DNA of 64,000 nt from IMG/VR virus record IMGVR_UViG_3300022926_000006, positions 18,084-82,083 of that record; one strand, given 5' to 3'. The position numbers and the translations under genes are program-made. Shown piece after piece: positions 30,943 to 40,290 of this stretch; position 1 is the stretch's first letter; each line of letters begins with the position of its first letter. The notes below the pieces were generated by a model. The model was not told where the DNA came from and made no database searches. It saw only the letters and a list, made by a program, of their open reading frames with translations. The stretch is from a virus.

Positions 30943-32808
30943 ATGGCAGATATAGCATCACTAGCGGAAGCAATTGAACATCTAAAAATAGAAGTTCAGT
31001 CTACGGGCGGGCAACAGATTGTTTTCCTAGATAGTTTATCTGTTAATATGGAAGATTTGGTGTCAACATCTTCTCTAATGCTTGCGGAGTTAATTGCAAT
31101 TAAAGATGCACTTGCTCCTGCCAATGCATTTGAGAGAGTGCAACAAAAAGAACGTGAGCGAGAAGCAGACATTAGTGGACAGAATGTAACACCAGACCAA
31201 CAAGCAATTAAACCTGTGAAGAGTGGTATGTCAGGCAAAGGAATGCTCTTGGGTGCCGCTCTTGTTGGTGGTATTGGCGCATTACTTGCAACATTCTCAG
31301 GATTGCTTGACTTTGATGCAGAAGCACTAAAACAAAAAGTAAAGACACTTCTCTCACTTAAAGATGAAGTGGCAGATGGTAGTATGCTAAAACTTCTTGC
31401 TGAAGGTGGAACACTTGCACTAGTTCTTGGTGGTATAGGTCTTGCTCTTGGAGCATTTGGTATTGGTGCCGCTGTTGCTGGAGGTGGTATGGCACTTGCA
31501 GATTGGTCAGGAGGAGGAAACTGGTCTCAAGCAATCGTAGACCACGTTATAACTCTACTCTCTATTAAAGACCAACTTGGTGGCAATCTTGAAATGCTAA
31601 AAGATGGGTTTGCATTTACACTCGCAATGACAGGTGTTGGATTAGGTCTTGCCGCGTTTGGTGCTGGTGCCTTTGTTGGTGGTGCAGGATTAGGTTTTTC
31701 CGATTGGGCAGGTGGAGACAACTGGTCACAAAAAATTAAAGACCATGTAGTTACATTACTATCAATCAAAGATGAACTTGGTGGTAACTGGGATATGTTA
31801 AAAGCATCAGGTGCCTTTGCTCTTGCAATGGGAGGTGTTGGTGCTGGTCTTGCCGCTATCGGTATTGGTATGGCAGTTGCGGGTGCTACTTTAACATTAG
31901 CAGACTGGATGGCAGGTGATTGGTCACAAAAAATTAAAGACCATGTTATAGTTCTTCTTTCTATATCTGATGCTCTAGGTGGTGCTAAAGCATTTATTGG
32001 TGAAGCGGCAGTATTCGCTCTTGCGATGGGGGGCATTGGATTCGGTCTTGCCGCGTTTGGTGCTGGGCAAGCGGCGACGGCAGTTGCACAGTTTATATCG
32101 TCTGACGATTGGACACAACGCATCAAAGATAATGTTAAGAACTTATTATCTATTACTGCTGAAGGATACGACCAGAAAAAAGCAGATGAATTCTCTTCTG
32201 TTATGGGTACTATCTCTGCAGGACTACTAAAGTTCTCCGGTAGTACCTTTGTTTCTTCTCTCGCAGGTGCGGCAAGTGGTATTCTGAACTTCTTGTCTGG
32301 TAAAGAGAGTCCTATTGAAGAGATGATGAATATTGCGAATAAAGCAGATAAGTTAGAAAAAGGTGCTAATGCACTTGATAGAATTGCTGGCGCACTAAGT
32401 AAAATCTCAGGTCTAAACTTTCAAGGTACTAAATTAGGTATCTCAGAAATGGCAGAAGATTTATTGAAATCTATTCCTGCAATTGAGACTGCTATCAACG
32501 GCGGTACTGTTGGGGAAGGATGGATATCATCTGGAACACAAATTAAAGGTCTTGCATCTAGCGATATTAAGTTTGATGAAGCGGCAAAGAACATCACATT
32601 ACTGAGAGAATCCTTAGGACTAGCACCAGTAGTTCAAGCGGCACCAACTGCAGACGTATCTAGTGCAGTAGTGCCGCCAGCGCAACAACCAGTAATTAAT
32701 ACTGTTACAACCGTGGCGGCACCAACAACAATGAACTCAAGCAGTAATACAAATATTTCACCTAGAAATCAACAACAGAAAGCATGGCAGGAAGACTTAG
32801 TATATTAA
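30943..32808 (+). CDS. Tape measure/baseplate hub gp29-like protein
   Basis: 621 aa, Ala/Gly-rich helical with four W(S/T)Q.I.D(H/N)V..LLSI repeats; follows gp26/gp51; size near T4 gp29. Confidence 0.65.
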   Translation: MADIASLAEAIEHLKIEVQSTGGQQIVFLDSLSVNMEDLVSTSSLMLAELIAIKDALAPANAFERVQQKEREREADISGQNVTPDQQAIKPVKSGMSGKGMLLGAALVGGIGALLATFSGLLDFDAEALKQKVKTLLSLKDEVADGSMLKLLAEGGTLALVLGGIGLALGAFGIGAAVAGGGMALADWSGGGNWSQAIVDHVITLLSIKDQLGGNLEMLKDGFAFTLAMTGVGLGLAAFGAGAFVGGAGLGFSDWAGGDNWSQKIKDHVVTLLSIKDELGGNWDMLKASGAFALAMGGVGAGLAAIGIGMAVAGATLTLADWMAGDWSQKIKDHVIVLLSISDALGGAKAFIGEAAVFALAMGGIGFGLAAFGAGQAATAVAQFISSDDWTQRIKDNVKNLLSITAEGYDQKKADEFSSVMGTISAGLLKFSGSTFVSSLAGAASGILNFLSGKESPIEEMMNIANKADKLEKGANALDRIAGALSKISGLNFQGTKLGISEMAEDLLKSIPAIETAINGGTVGEGWISSGTQIKGLASSDIKFDEAAKNITLLRESLGLAPVVQAAPTADVSSAVVPPAQQPVINTVTTVAAPTTMNSSSNTNISPRNQQQKAWQEDLVY

Positions 32809-33326
32809 TTCGCCAAAGGATTATCTAAAGCACGTTGTACCATCTTTTTCAATCTTTCTTCTAGTTCATTCAATTGCCTATCTACATCACTAGAGACTTT
32901 ATCACGTTTGTTATCAAACCTCTGGTCGGCAAGGTCTACGAGTTCTCGCACTTCTTTAGTCTGGTCTGTCAACTGTATGCGAACTTCGTATTCGCTGTCT
33001 TTCACTCTTTGTTCAGTCTTGTCAACTATCTGTTCGATACGTTCAATATCACTCTTTAAATCTATCTTTATATCTCTAGTGTAATCTCTTGCTTCGGTGA
33101 CACTCTCTTGTAGTTTAATCATATTAGCATCAAGCACAGATAATTGTTCTTGTAGACCTGATAAGTCAGGTGCAACATATTCTTGTATTTGCTCTTTCAT
33201 ATTCATGTAGTCTTTGTAGAATTCAAATCCTGCCCATAGACCACCACCCAATGCACTAAGCAATGGTAGTATGAGTAACATCTTACCACCAGATATTTTT
33301 GCTCCTGCAACTTCTATTTCTGCCAT
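32805..33326 (-). CDS. Membrane-anchored coiled-coil protein
   Basis: 173 aa; N-terminal TM (LSALGGGLWAGFEFY), long coiled coil, ends ALDNPLAN. Confidence 0.65.
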   Translation of the reverse strand: MAEIEVAGAKISGGKMLLILPLLSALGGGLWAGFEFYKDYMNMKEQIQEYVAPDLSGLQEQLSVLDANMIKLQESVTEARDYTRDIKIDLKSDIERIEQIVDKTEQRVKDSEYEVRIQLTDQTKEVRELVDLADQRFDNKRDKVSSDVDRQLNELEERLKKMVQRALDNPLAN

Positions 33327-33337
33327 TTCTCTCTCCT

Positions 33338-34990
33338 TTATTGATACTGCATATCGACCATCTTGTCGTGCAGAATTTGTTGTGCGAGTCCATTGCGTAA
33401 TCCTCGCTGATTTTCTTTCGGTGATTTAGTATACTCATTAGGCAACGCACTTTCAAGTCTAACACCGTCAGGCATCGATGCTTGATATGCACCAAATCCT
33501 TGATTGAAGTTCATTAGTGCTATAGCAAGTCCTTGCGCCGCTTGCTGTTCTTCAAGTGATACTGCATTCGCAATCTTCAACGCATTATCTGCCGCTTTCT
33601 TTGCAATGATTTTGCGTAGTTTCTTTTTCTTACTTTCTTTTTTATCTTCTTTCTTTTCTTCTTGTGCAACTTCTTCTTCAGGTTCATCTTCAGTTGCTTC
33701 TGGTTCTGTATCTGCTACTTGCTCTTCTTCAGCAGGTTCTGTATCTTCTGCAACCTCATCTGTAGTCTCTTCTTCTGGTTGCTCATCAGTTGACGCAACT
33801 TCCTCTTCTCGCTCTTCTTGCTCAGGCATCTCTTCAATAGTTTCAGCAACTTCTTCAACAACCTCTTCAGATACTTCAAGACTTTCTTCAAATGACTGTA
33901 CCTCTGCAATCTCTATCTCCTGACTAGTTGGTTCTTCTATAACAAATTCTACTTCTGGTATCGCAGGTTCAAAAATATCGATAACAGAGAATCCACCAAA
34001 TTCAGTAGTGTTCAACTCATTGCTTATTAAGTTATCAATGATAGCATCACCAGTAGTAGAAACTTCATCAAACTCAATTACATTTTCAACAACAGGTTGC
34101 TCCTCAAATTGTGCCAATTCTTCTTGCTGAGGTTCTACAAAAGTTTCGTAGTAAAGTTGTTCGTAACCAGGACATGATGGGTCATATAAAGCGTCTACGG
34201 CGCAGTTCTGTGCAAATACTATCTCTGCTAGTGCTTCAGCATAACCAGTACACAGACTGCTATAAAGAGGATTAGCGGCGCACATAGCATCTAGATTGAA
34301 AGTGTATATTACTTCACCCTTGCTATTGTATCCGTTAGGTTCAAATTTAAACTGCTCTATCTCATTGTTAGTAGTGTCACCAAATATACCTACAGTAACA
34401 GCATGATTGACAATGTTAATATCAAAGTGATGTATCTCAATAGCACCGCTGTCAAAGTTCATCTCTACACCAAATGTATTGAGATTGTTTGCATCATGAA
34501 ACTCTGCGATATAACGCCAATAATAACGTAGTGTATCGATATCACCATCATTGTCTGTATCAAGTTCTTTAGTGAAGAATCCACTATCAGGTATACCATC
34601 ACCAGTCACATCTACATTCAAGTCAATCAAGTCTGTCCATAATGCCGCGATAGTATAGTTAAAGAATGGTTGTCCAGGAAGAGTTCCATTCGCCGCCATT
34701 GATGCAACGTCTTGTCCATTACAACAAAAATGCTGAAAAGGTGCATTCGTGTTAATGTTAGGACCGTACATGACAATAGCACCATTAGACATGAATGCGC
34801 TATTAGTGAATACTTGACCATTCATAGTGAACGGAACAGGTAAATCTACAAGAGCATTGCTATCATCAAATATCTGATACTGAGTTGTACCCTCAGAACC
34901 AGGTTCGATGAACTCCTCTGCTATACTAGAGTAAGAGTAGAAGCAATAGAACAGAACCAGCGCCCATAGCGGCACCTTTAATTGTATCAT
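33338..34990 (-). CDS. Secreted protein with globular N-domain, C..(N/D).LY...C.GY repeats and acidic linker
   Basis: 550 aa; signal peptide, IAALWTDL (NIDO-like), Glu-rich tract, basic/helical C-terminus. Confidence 0.6.
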   Translation of the reverse strand: MIQLKVPLWALVLFYCFYSYSSIAEEFIEPGSEGTTQYQIFDDSNALVDLPVPFTMNGQVFTNSAFMSNGAIVMYGPNINTNAPFQHFCCNGQDVASMAANGTLPGQPFFNYTIAALWTDLIDLNVDVTGDGIPDSGFFTKELDTDNDGDIDTLRYYWRYIAEFHDANNLNTFGVEMNFDSGAIEIHHFDINIVNHAVTVGIFGDTTNNEIEQFKFEPNGYNSKGEVIYTFNLDAMCAANPLYSSLCTGYAEALAEIVFAQNCAVDALYDPSCPGYEQLYYETFVEPQQEELAQFEEQPVVENVIEFDEVSTTGDAIIDNLISNELNTTEFGGFSVIDIFEPAIPEVEFVIEEPTSQEIEIAEVQSFEESLEVSEEVVEEVAETIEEMPEQEEREEEVASTDEQPEEETTDEVAEDTEPAEEEQVADTEPEATEDEPEEEVAQEEKKEDKKESKKKKLRKIIAKKAADNALKIANAVSLEEQQAAQGLAIALMNFNQGFGAYQASMPDGVRLESALPNEYTKSPKENQRGLRNGLAQQILHDKMVDMQYQ

Positions 34991-35480
34991 TGCGTTGTTC
35001 CTCTTTTTTTACGCTTTCAGGTCTCAACTCAGGATATGTTTCCCATAGTTGTTTTGCTTCATCGCCGATTTTACCCATAAACGGACAAGGTGTACCTGCC
35101 ATCTCCATAGCATCAAAGACACGCTCATCTTGACACATGTTAGAGACTGCCGCTACTTTCATACCCATATCATAGAGGACTTTTGATAGTTTAAGACGTT
35201 CACAGTTCATATCTCTGACTGCTGAACCGCCTGAGAAACCTAATACTTGTGTTTGTACTGCTCCGCTAAAAGCAATTGTACATACATCACTATTAGAGTT
35301 ATTAATTGAAGGCGAAATAGCACTAGGTGGTGGAGATTTCACAGTGGTCTTTGAATTGCTATTGCTATTCACATCACTTCTAGACGTACTATCAGTGACA
35401 ATAGGATCAGCACTGAAAGACATAGAACTAAACGAAATCATAACAAATGCAATAACAACAGATGTTATTATTCTTTGCAT
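34926..35480 (-). CDS. Secreted Cys-containing protein with C-terminal hydrophobic anchor
   Basis: 184 aa; signal peptide, SPPPSAISP, NCERLKLSK.LYDMGMKVAAV, AGTPCP; late promoter 35517-35524 upstream. Confidence 0.65.
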   Translation of the reverse strand: MQRIITSVVIAFVMISFSSMSFSADPIVTDSTSRSDVNSNSNSKTTVKSPPPSAISPSINNSNSDVCTIAFSGAVQTQVLGFSGGSAVRDMNCERLKLSKVLYDMGMKVAAVSNMCQDERVFDAMEMAGTPCPFMGKIGDEAKQLWETYPELRPESVKKEEQRNDTIKGAAMGAGSVLLLLLLL

Positions 35481-35622
35481 TGTTTGTTTCCTTTATTGGT
35501 TGAGGTCTTACTCAGTTATTTATAATTTGGGTGTCAACATCTTGACATTAAAATCAAATTAGTTTTAACATAAATACTTAAAGCAAATATTATGCACATG
35601 TGACAGAGAGAAAGCAAAAGAA

Positions 35623-35805
35623 ATGTTACATGTATTCATGCTAGTCGTAATGCTTCAAGGAAGCGAACAAAGAACGCAACCTATGTACTTCTACGATATA
35701 GACAGATGTTTATATTTTGCAAATCGCATGAATAGACAGCGTGATTATAGTGCAATATGTAAGATAGTGACTGTTGATCCTAGCAAAGTGACGGTATACA
35801 AATGA
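35623..35805 (+). CDS. Small hypothetical protein (YF.....C...A motif)
   Basis: 60 aa; hydrophobic N-terminus, two Cys; CATAAATA late-like box upstream. Confidence 0.55.
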   Translation: MLHVFMLVVMLQGSEQRTQPMYFYDIDRCLYFANRMNRQRDYSAICKIVTVDPSKVTVYK

Positions 35806-35987
35806 GCATAGATAATAGAGATAAAGTCGTTCATGACATTAAGATGAGAATTCATAATTTTAAAATGAAGAATAAATGGTTATATGACAGAGAAAGAAAA
35901 GAAAATGACAGCAATGAACAATCAACAAGTGAAGACAGAGAGCAAGAAAGAGATAACAGAATTGCATCAAAATTGCGGAACTTCTGA
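35802..35987 (+). CDS. Hypothetical protein
   Basis: 61 aa; ATGA overlap with previous ORF. Confidence 0.4.
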   Translation: MSIDNRDKVVHDIKMRIHNFKMKNKWLYDRERKENDSNEQSTSEDREQERDNRIASKLRNF

Positions 35988-36045
35988 CTGTTGCGGACAA
36001 TGTGAGACTGCAGTTAAACCAATAGTGAAAGAAGAAAAGCAATGA
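35905..36045 (+). CDS. Small Cys-rich peptide (HQNCGTSDCCGQC), missing from ORF track
   Basis: Translated by hand, 46 aa; stop overlaps next ATG (ATGA); alternative in-frame ATG at 35884. Confidence 0.55.
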   Translation: MTAMNNQQVKTESKKEITELHQNCGTSDCCGQCETAVKPIVKEEKQ

Positions 36046-36239
36046 ATACAATATGGCACATAATGCTCACTGCATGTCTAGACACACAAATGATGCAATG
36101 CGTATCACAAGACGTACAATGGTTTGATACACAGAAACAATGCGAAATTGCATTAAATGAGTATACTGAGATTCCACCTGATGGACCTTTCCAGACAGTA
36201 GAATGGCAATGTAAACCAATAGGATCATCATCAACATGA
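36042..36239 (+). CDS. Small hypothetical protein
   Basis: 65 aa, 4 Cys; translationally coupled to neighbours. Confidence 0.55.
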   Translation: MNTIWHIMLTACLDTQMMQCVSQDVQWFDTQKQCEIALNEYTEIPPDGPFQTVEWQCKPIGSSST

Positions 36240-36475
36240 GACAAACAGCAAGTTACGCAGAAGAGCAAGACGTATGGTACACAGAACTCAAAAATCTAGC
36301 AGAGATGTGGGCAACATCAGAGACTAAACTATCTACAGAGTTAGAAGAATTAGAGAAGAGAAGAATAGTCGATGCGATGGCGATTTCGAACAATAACAAA
36401 TCACACGCGGCAAAACGTCTAGGTATCGGTCGTACTCTATTGATACACAAGTTAAAGAAGTACTCAATTGAATAG
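36236..36475 (+). CDS. Fis/NtrC-type helix-turn-helix (HTH_8) protein
   Basis: LEELEKRRIVDAM...NNNKSHAAKRLGIGRTLLIHKLKKY matches the Fis-type HTH signature. Confidence 0.85.
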   Translation: MRQTASYAEEQDVWYTELKNLAEMWATSETKLSTELEELEKRRIVDAMAISNNNKSHAAKRLGIGRTLLIHKLKKYSIE

Positions 36476-36572
36476 AACAATGCTTATCATAGTTGCTACG
36501 CAATTCCTACTCGCAGTAGCAATCTTACCATTCGCATTACGCATGAATGTCGTATCGGTAATGTGTGGTTGA

Positions 36573-37028
36573 TTAACCGTACTTAGGTAGATACGCAAAG
36601 GTATAGAACAACCACACTAGAAGCGAACATACTGCCGTACCTGCGGTTAATGCCGCGGTAAGTTGAATCCACTCCATTATATTTTCATGTCTTTCTATTG
36701 CCGCTTTTCTTGCGGCGATTTCCGCTTCGCGTCTTTTCTCTGCCGCTTGCTTTTGAAATTGTAACCAGTCTTGCCACATGCCAGCACGACCTGTATAAAT
36801 CATCATCTCTCGGAGTTCATCTTCTTGTGCCTTGAGTTTTTCAAGTGCCATAAACTCTTCTAAGTCAGATTTGTTTCCGCCTGCGTTATTTACTTTTTTC
36901 TGTAAAGAATTTTTTGCATCAAAATAACCGACCAGTTGCTCACCACAATCGTACAGTTCTTTTCCGTTGCTTATGAATTCTTTTACAGTATTGAACGCCG
37001 CAGATGCTAATGCTAATTCTGCTAACAT
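36573..37028 (-). CDS. Hypothetical protein with C-terminal TM helix
   Basis: Likely start MLAELALA; EEFMALE, ELREMMIY.GR.G.W; late promoter 37105-37112. Confidence 0.6.
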   Translation of the reverse strand: MLAELALASAAFNTVKEFISNGKELYDCGEQLVGYFDAKNSLQKKVNNAGGNKSDLEEFMALEKLKAQEDELREMMIYTGRAGMWQDWLQFQKQAAEKRREAEIAARKAAIERHENIMEWIQLTAALTAGTAVCSLLVWLFYTFAYLPKYG

Positions 37029-37112
37029 AATGATGATACCCCTCTTTCGGTGTTGTATCATATATCATGTTGTAAGGGAAAGTTTCAACTCAAGTTGTTA
37101 TGACTATTTATA

Positions 37113-37141
37113 AAAAAAAGAGGACACAAGGTCCTCTTTTT
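37113..37141 (-). terminator. Intrinsic terminator after gp32 (potentially bidirectional)
   Basis: A-run AGAGGAC-acaag-GTCCTCT T-run. Confidence 0.75.
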
Positions 37142-37265
37142 AAGTTTACATTATTTATATACTGTTATTTTTCTGTGTGATACCTACAGCAAGCGCATGT
37201 AGACCAAACTAGTATAAGGCGCATATCACACAAAGGAATAACTTCCACCTTCTCCTATAGTTTTC

Positions 37266-38195
37266 TTAGTCATCAGCGGCAAGTTTGGAGAAGTATGACA
37301 TTGCTTCATCATCTTCATCTTCTTGTACTGGTGCTGACATTGCTGGCGTTGGTGTAGTAGATTTCTCTTCTGCTACCCAAGGCACTGTCTCCTCTGCGGT
37401 CTGTTGTCTAACAGGTGCAGAAGGAGTATAACTTGGTACATCTGCATTAGCATTCAATACCAAATCAAGTTTTGCCTTCAGTTCTTCATATGACTTGAAG
37501 TTAGAAGGTGCAAGAAAGTCTTGCAGTTTATATTGTGTTTTCCACAATGCTTCGATTTTAGCATCGTCACCCTCAAAGAGTGGTGATACACTATCGAATT
37601 CAGATTTATCGTAGTTGGTAAAACCTTCTACTTTACGAATTTTCAGTTTGAAGTTAGTTCCTGCCCAAGGATCAAATGGGTTAATAGGACTCTCATCTTC
37701 GAACTGAGGTTTCATCACATCCATAATCTTATCAAAGATTTTCTTACCAAACTTAAACAGTTTGACTTGACCTTCATTCTCAGGATGCTTCGGATCAGAA
37801 ACAATGAGAACATTGGCAATGTAAGAAAGTCTACGCTTTTGCTTTCGTGCGATATCTTTGTTTGCTTCTGTACCAGAGTTCCATAGAACAGAGTTGTACT
37901 CTGCAACAGGGTCTTTTTCATTAAGCGTTGTCAAAGAGTTCTCAATATACCACTTACCAGTAGGACCTTGAAACCCATGATTAAAGATACGAACCCAAGG
38001 AAGTTCTTCACCTTCGCTCTCTGGAAGAAAACGAATAACAGCAAAACCATTACCAGACTTATCTAACTCTGGACGCCAGAAGCGGTCATCGTTGTTGCTG
38101 TTGTTGGATTGTTGTGGGGTGTTTACTTTTTCTACTTCGTTAAGTAGGCGTGAAAGATTGTCGTTAGACTTTTTAAGTTGTGCAAAATTTGTCAT
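37266..38195 (-). CDS. gp32: Single-stranded DNA-binding protein gp32
   Basis: 309 aa; DDRFW.P..DKSGNG.AVIRFLP, WYIENSLTT, FGKKIFDKI, NYDKSEF, acidic tail. Confidence 0.96.
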   Translation of the reverse strand: MTNFAQLKKSNDNLSRLLNEVEKVNTPQQSNNSNNDDRFWRPELDKSGNGFAVIRFLPESEGEELPWVRIFNHGFQGPTGKWYIENSLTTLNEKDPVAEYNSVLWNSGTEANKDIARKQKRRLSYIANVLIVSDPKHPENEGQVKLFKFGKKIFDKIMDVMKPQFEDESPINPFDPWAGTNFKLKIRKVEGFTNYDKSEFDSVSPLFEGDDAKIEALWKTQYKLQDFLAPSNFKSYEELKAKLDLVLNANADVPSYTPSAPVRQQTAEETVPWVAEEKSTTPTPAMSAPVQEDEDDEAMSYFSKLAADD

Positions 38196-38285
38196 TTGTA
38201 TTTACCTCGTATGTACGTTATATTGCGTTGTATAAGTTTATCTTATCCACATATGTTTCATAATGTATAAGACTATTTATATGAC

Positions 38286-38927
38286 TTACACGTTAGTTTC
38301 GTCATATTTCTGTGTTCTACTATACATTATTACCTTGTATTTGTCAACATCAAAATCAAGAAAAGGTCGGTATTTAATTAACTTTCGCCGTTCTTCTTTC
38401 CAAAAGAAATCATCTTTCAGTGTCTTGTCCCAATATGACAGATAGTTGTTAATAGCGTCTAGTATTAACATCGTTTCGATTTTTACATCTCCACGACTGT
38501 ACATTTGTAGCAACAATGGATGTTGTTCATCCTTTACTACAAAGCATTTGTCAAACTTGTTTACTTCTTCATAAGCAAGTTCTGAGCAAATCTGTTCCAG
38601 GTCATCTCTAAAATTTTGTGTTAAACTCTGTAGACGACCTTTCCATTTATTATAAACCTGAAGTGCCTCTTCATATATGAATGCTCCACCCCATCTATTA
38701 CCATCAACATGATTAGCAATTAAAAACTTAGGTAACTCATCTTCACTAAACTCCTTTGCCAATTTAGTAAAGTTGAATTGGTCGCTTCTTTTATAGAAGG
38801 TCTCATTCTTTGTTTTGACTGCACCTCTAGTCTTAGTGATATCATATCTATCTGTTGTGAAATGTAACTTGAAAGCAAGATACACATTAAAAGCATCGAA
38901 TTCATTCATACGAAAAGTTTGCCTCAC
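38286..38927 (-). CDS. gp59: Helicase loader gp59
   Basis: 213 aa; YLA.KLHFT...YD, F.KR.D...F.KL, HP.LL, IET..IL, KY.PFL. Confidence 0.9.
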   Translation of the reverse strand: MRQTFRMNEFDAFNVYLAFKLHFTTDRYDITKTRGAVKTKNETFYKRSDQFNFTKLAKEFSEDELPKFLIANHVDGNRWGGAFIYEEALQVYNKWKGRLQSLTQNFRDDLEQICSELAYEEVNKFDKCFVVKDEQHPLLLQMYSRGDVKIETMLILDAINNYLSYWDKTLKDDFFWKEERRKLIKYRPFLDFDVDKYKVIMYSRTQKYDETNV

Positions 38928-39454
38928 AATTCTACTCTATTCATGTTAAATGGTAGTGTAACACGTTCAACTTCTTCATTGTGAGGATACATCTCATGCA
39001 TCAACCAACCAGGAAATAATATACACTTTCCCTTCTCAGATTTAATCTCTTGTGCAACATCATTATATATTTGAACTCTAGGGTCATAAAAATCTGTCCC
39101 ACCTATATTGTCATAATATAAAATGCCGCACATCATATTATCATCACCATGTCTATGCATACTATGAACATTATTCTTAGGAACATAGTTCACCCAAGAT
39201 GAATTGATTGTCCATTTTTGTTTTGTGTGCTTTGTTATCTGCCACTCTACAAGAGATAATAATTCACTAGTTGCATCGCCGGCATCTAAGATTGTCGGAT
39301 TATTAAAAGTGGTATAATATAATGCTGGACTTTGTTTATTCTTAGAATTTTTATTTCTATATGCATCAAGTTCAAGTCTGGATGCGTCAATCTGGTCCTC
39401 CGAAAAGTAAAACTCATACAGTCGAGTTGACCATAAATCAATTTCTGTCATCAT
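38924..39454 (-). CDS. 2OG-Fe(II) oxygenase-like protein
   Basis: WVN...H.H..., F.DPR, LFPGWLMH, R....FN. Confidence 0.8.
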   Translation of the reverse strand: MMTEIDLWSTRLYEFYFSEDQIDASRLELDAYRNKNSKNKQSPALYYTTFNNPTILDAGDATSELLSLVEWQITKHTKQKWTINSSWVNYVPKNNVHSMHRHGDDNMMCGILYYDNIGGTDFYDPRVQIYNDVAQEIKSEKGKCILFPGWLMHEMYPHNEEVERVTLPFNMNRVEL

Positions 39455-39684
39455 ACCGGCAATTCTGCAGTTGTCTTAGGAAGATAATGCAAGTCTTGTG
39501 CATTTAATGCTACTTTTTCTTTAAGTGTTTTACTTACAAACTTACGAATGTCTTCAGGTTCAAGTTCATGTTTCTCACAATAAATAAGAATTGCATCCAT
39601 ATAATTAACTTGCTTTTCTCTTACTATACCTTCTACTATATTAGAAAATCTTCTTGGAGTCATCGGTTCTGGATTTGTAGTCAT
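39451..39684 (-). CDS. gp33: Late transcription coactivator gp33
   Basis: 77 aa; FS..VE..V......YMDAI..YCE, LKEKV...A..L.YLP. Confidence 0.88.
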   Translation of the reverse strand: MTTNPEPMTPRRFSNIVEGIVREKQVNYMDAILIYCEKHELEPEDIRKFVSKTLKEKVALNAQDLHYLPKTTAELPV

Positions 39685-39690
39685 ATTATT

Positions 39691-40227
39691 TTAATCCCAT
39701 CTATAAAAAATGTGGTCACCTATTTGAGCAATATATGTTTTCGTCTTTGCCCAATAAGGATTTACATAAGTTGCATGATAATGTGTAGACCCCTCAATCA
39801 TACCATCATAACGACCATCTAATACTTTTGTCGCTAAAAGATATAGTCCTGAGTATGCGTACACATCGTTAATTTCGTCAGACTTGCCATCACAGAACCA
39901 ACTAAACTGACACTTATTTCTAATTGGAACATCTTTGTCGTGTTCTTCTTTCCACCACTTAGATGTTGGTCCTTGATGCACCACTTCACATATAGTGTTA
40001 GGAAATCTTGAATCCTTAACGCGGTTCATAACAACTAGTGATACTGCAATCTGACCTGCTTTGGGTTGTCCCTTTGCTTCAAAGTACATATTTTTTGCGA
40101 GACAAGTTGTTTCTGCATCAATAGTAAATGTTTCGGTTGCAACCTCTGCACTTGATCCGCTTGACTTATAAGCGATTGCAGAAGCAACTAATGCTGTTAA
40201 CACAATTGTTTTTTTCATCATGTACAC
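39691..40227 (-). CDS. Cell wall hydrolase (SleB/Hydrolase_2)
   Basis: CLAKNMYFEA, V.NRV....FPNTICEVV.Q, CQFSW.CDG, HYHA.YV.P.W, IG.HIFY. Confidence 0.92.
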   Translation of the reverse strand: MYMMKKTIVLTALVASAIAYKSSGSSAEVATETFTIDAETTCLAKNMYFEAKGQPKAGQIAVSLVVMNRVKDSRFPNTICEVVHQGPTSKWWKEEHDKDVPIRNKCQFSWFCDGKSDEINDVYAYSGLYLLATKVLDGRYDGMIEGSTHYHATYVNPYWAKTKTYIAQIGDHIFYRWD

Positions 40228-40290
40228 AGTATACTATAAAAGAAGAAAGAAGTCAAGCAGAAAACCACTTGACTTCTCATTATTACCACC

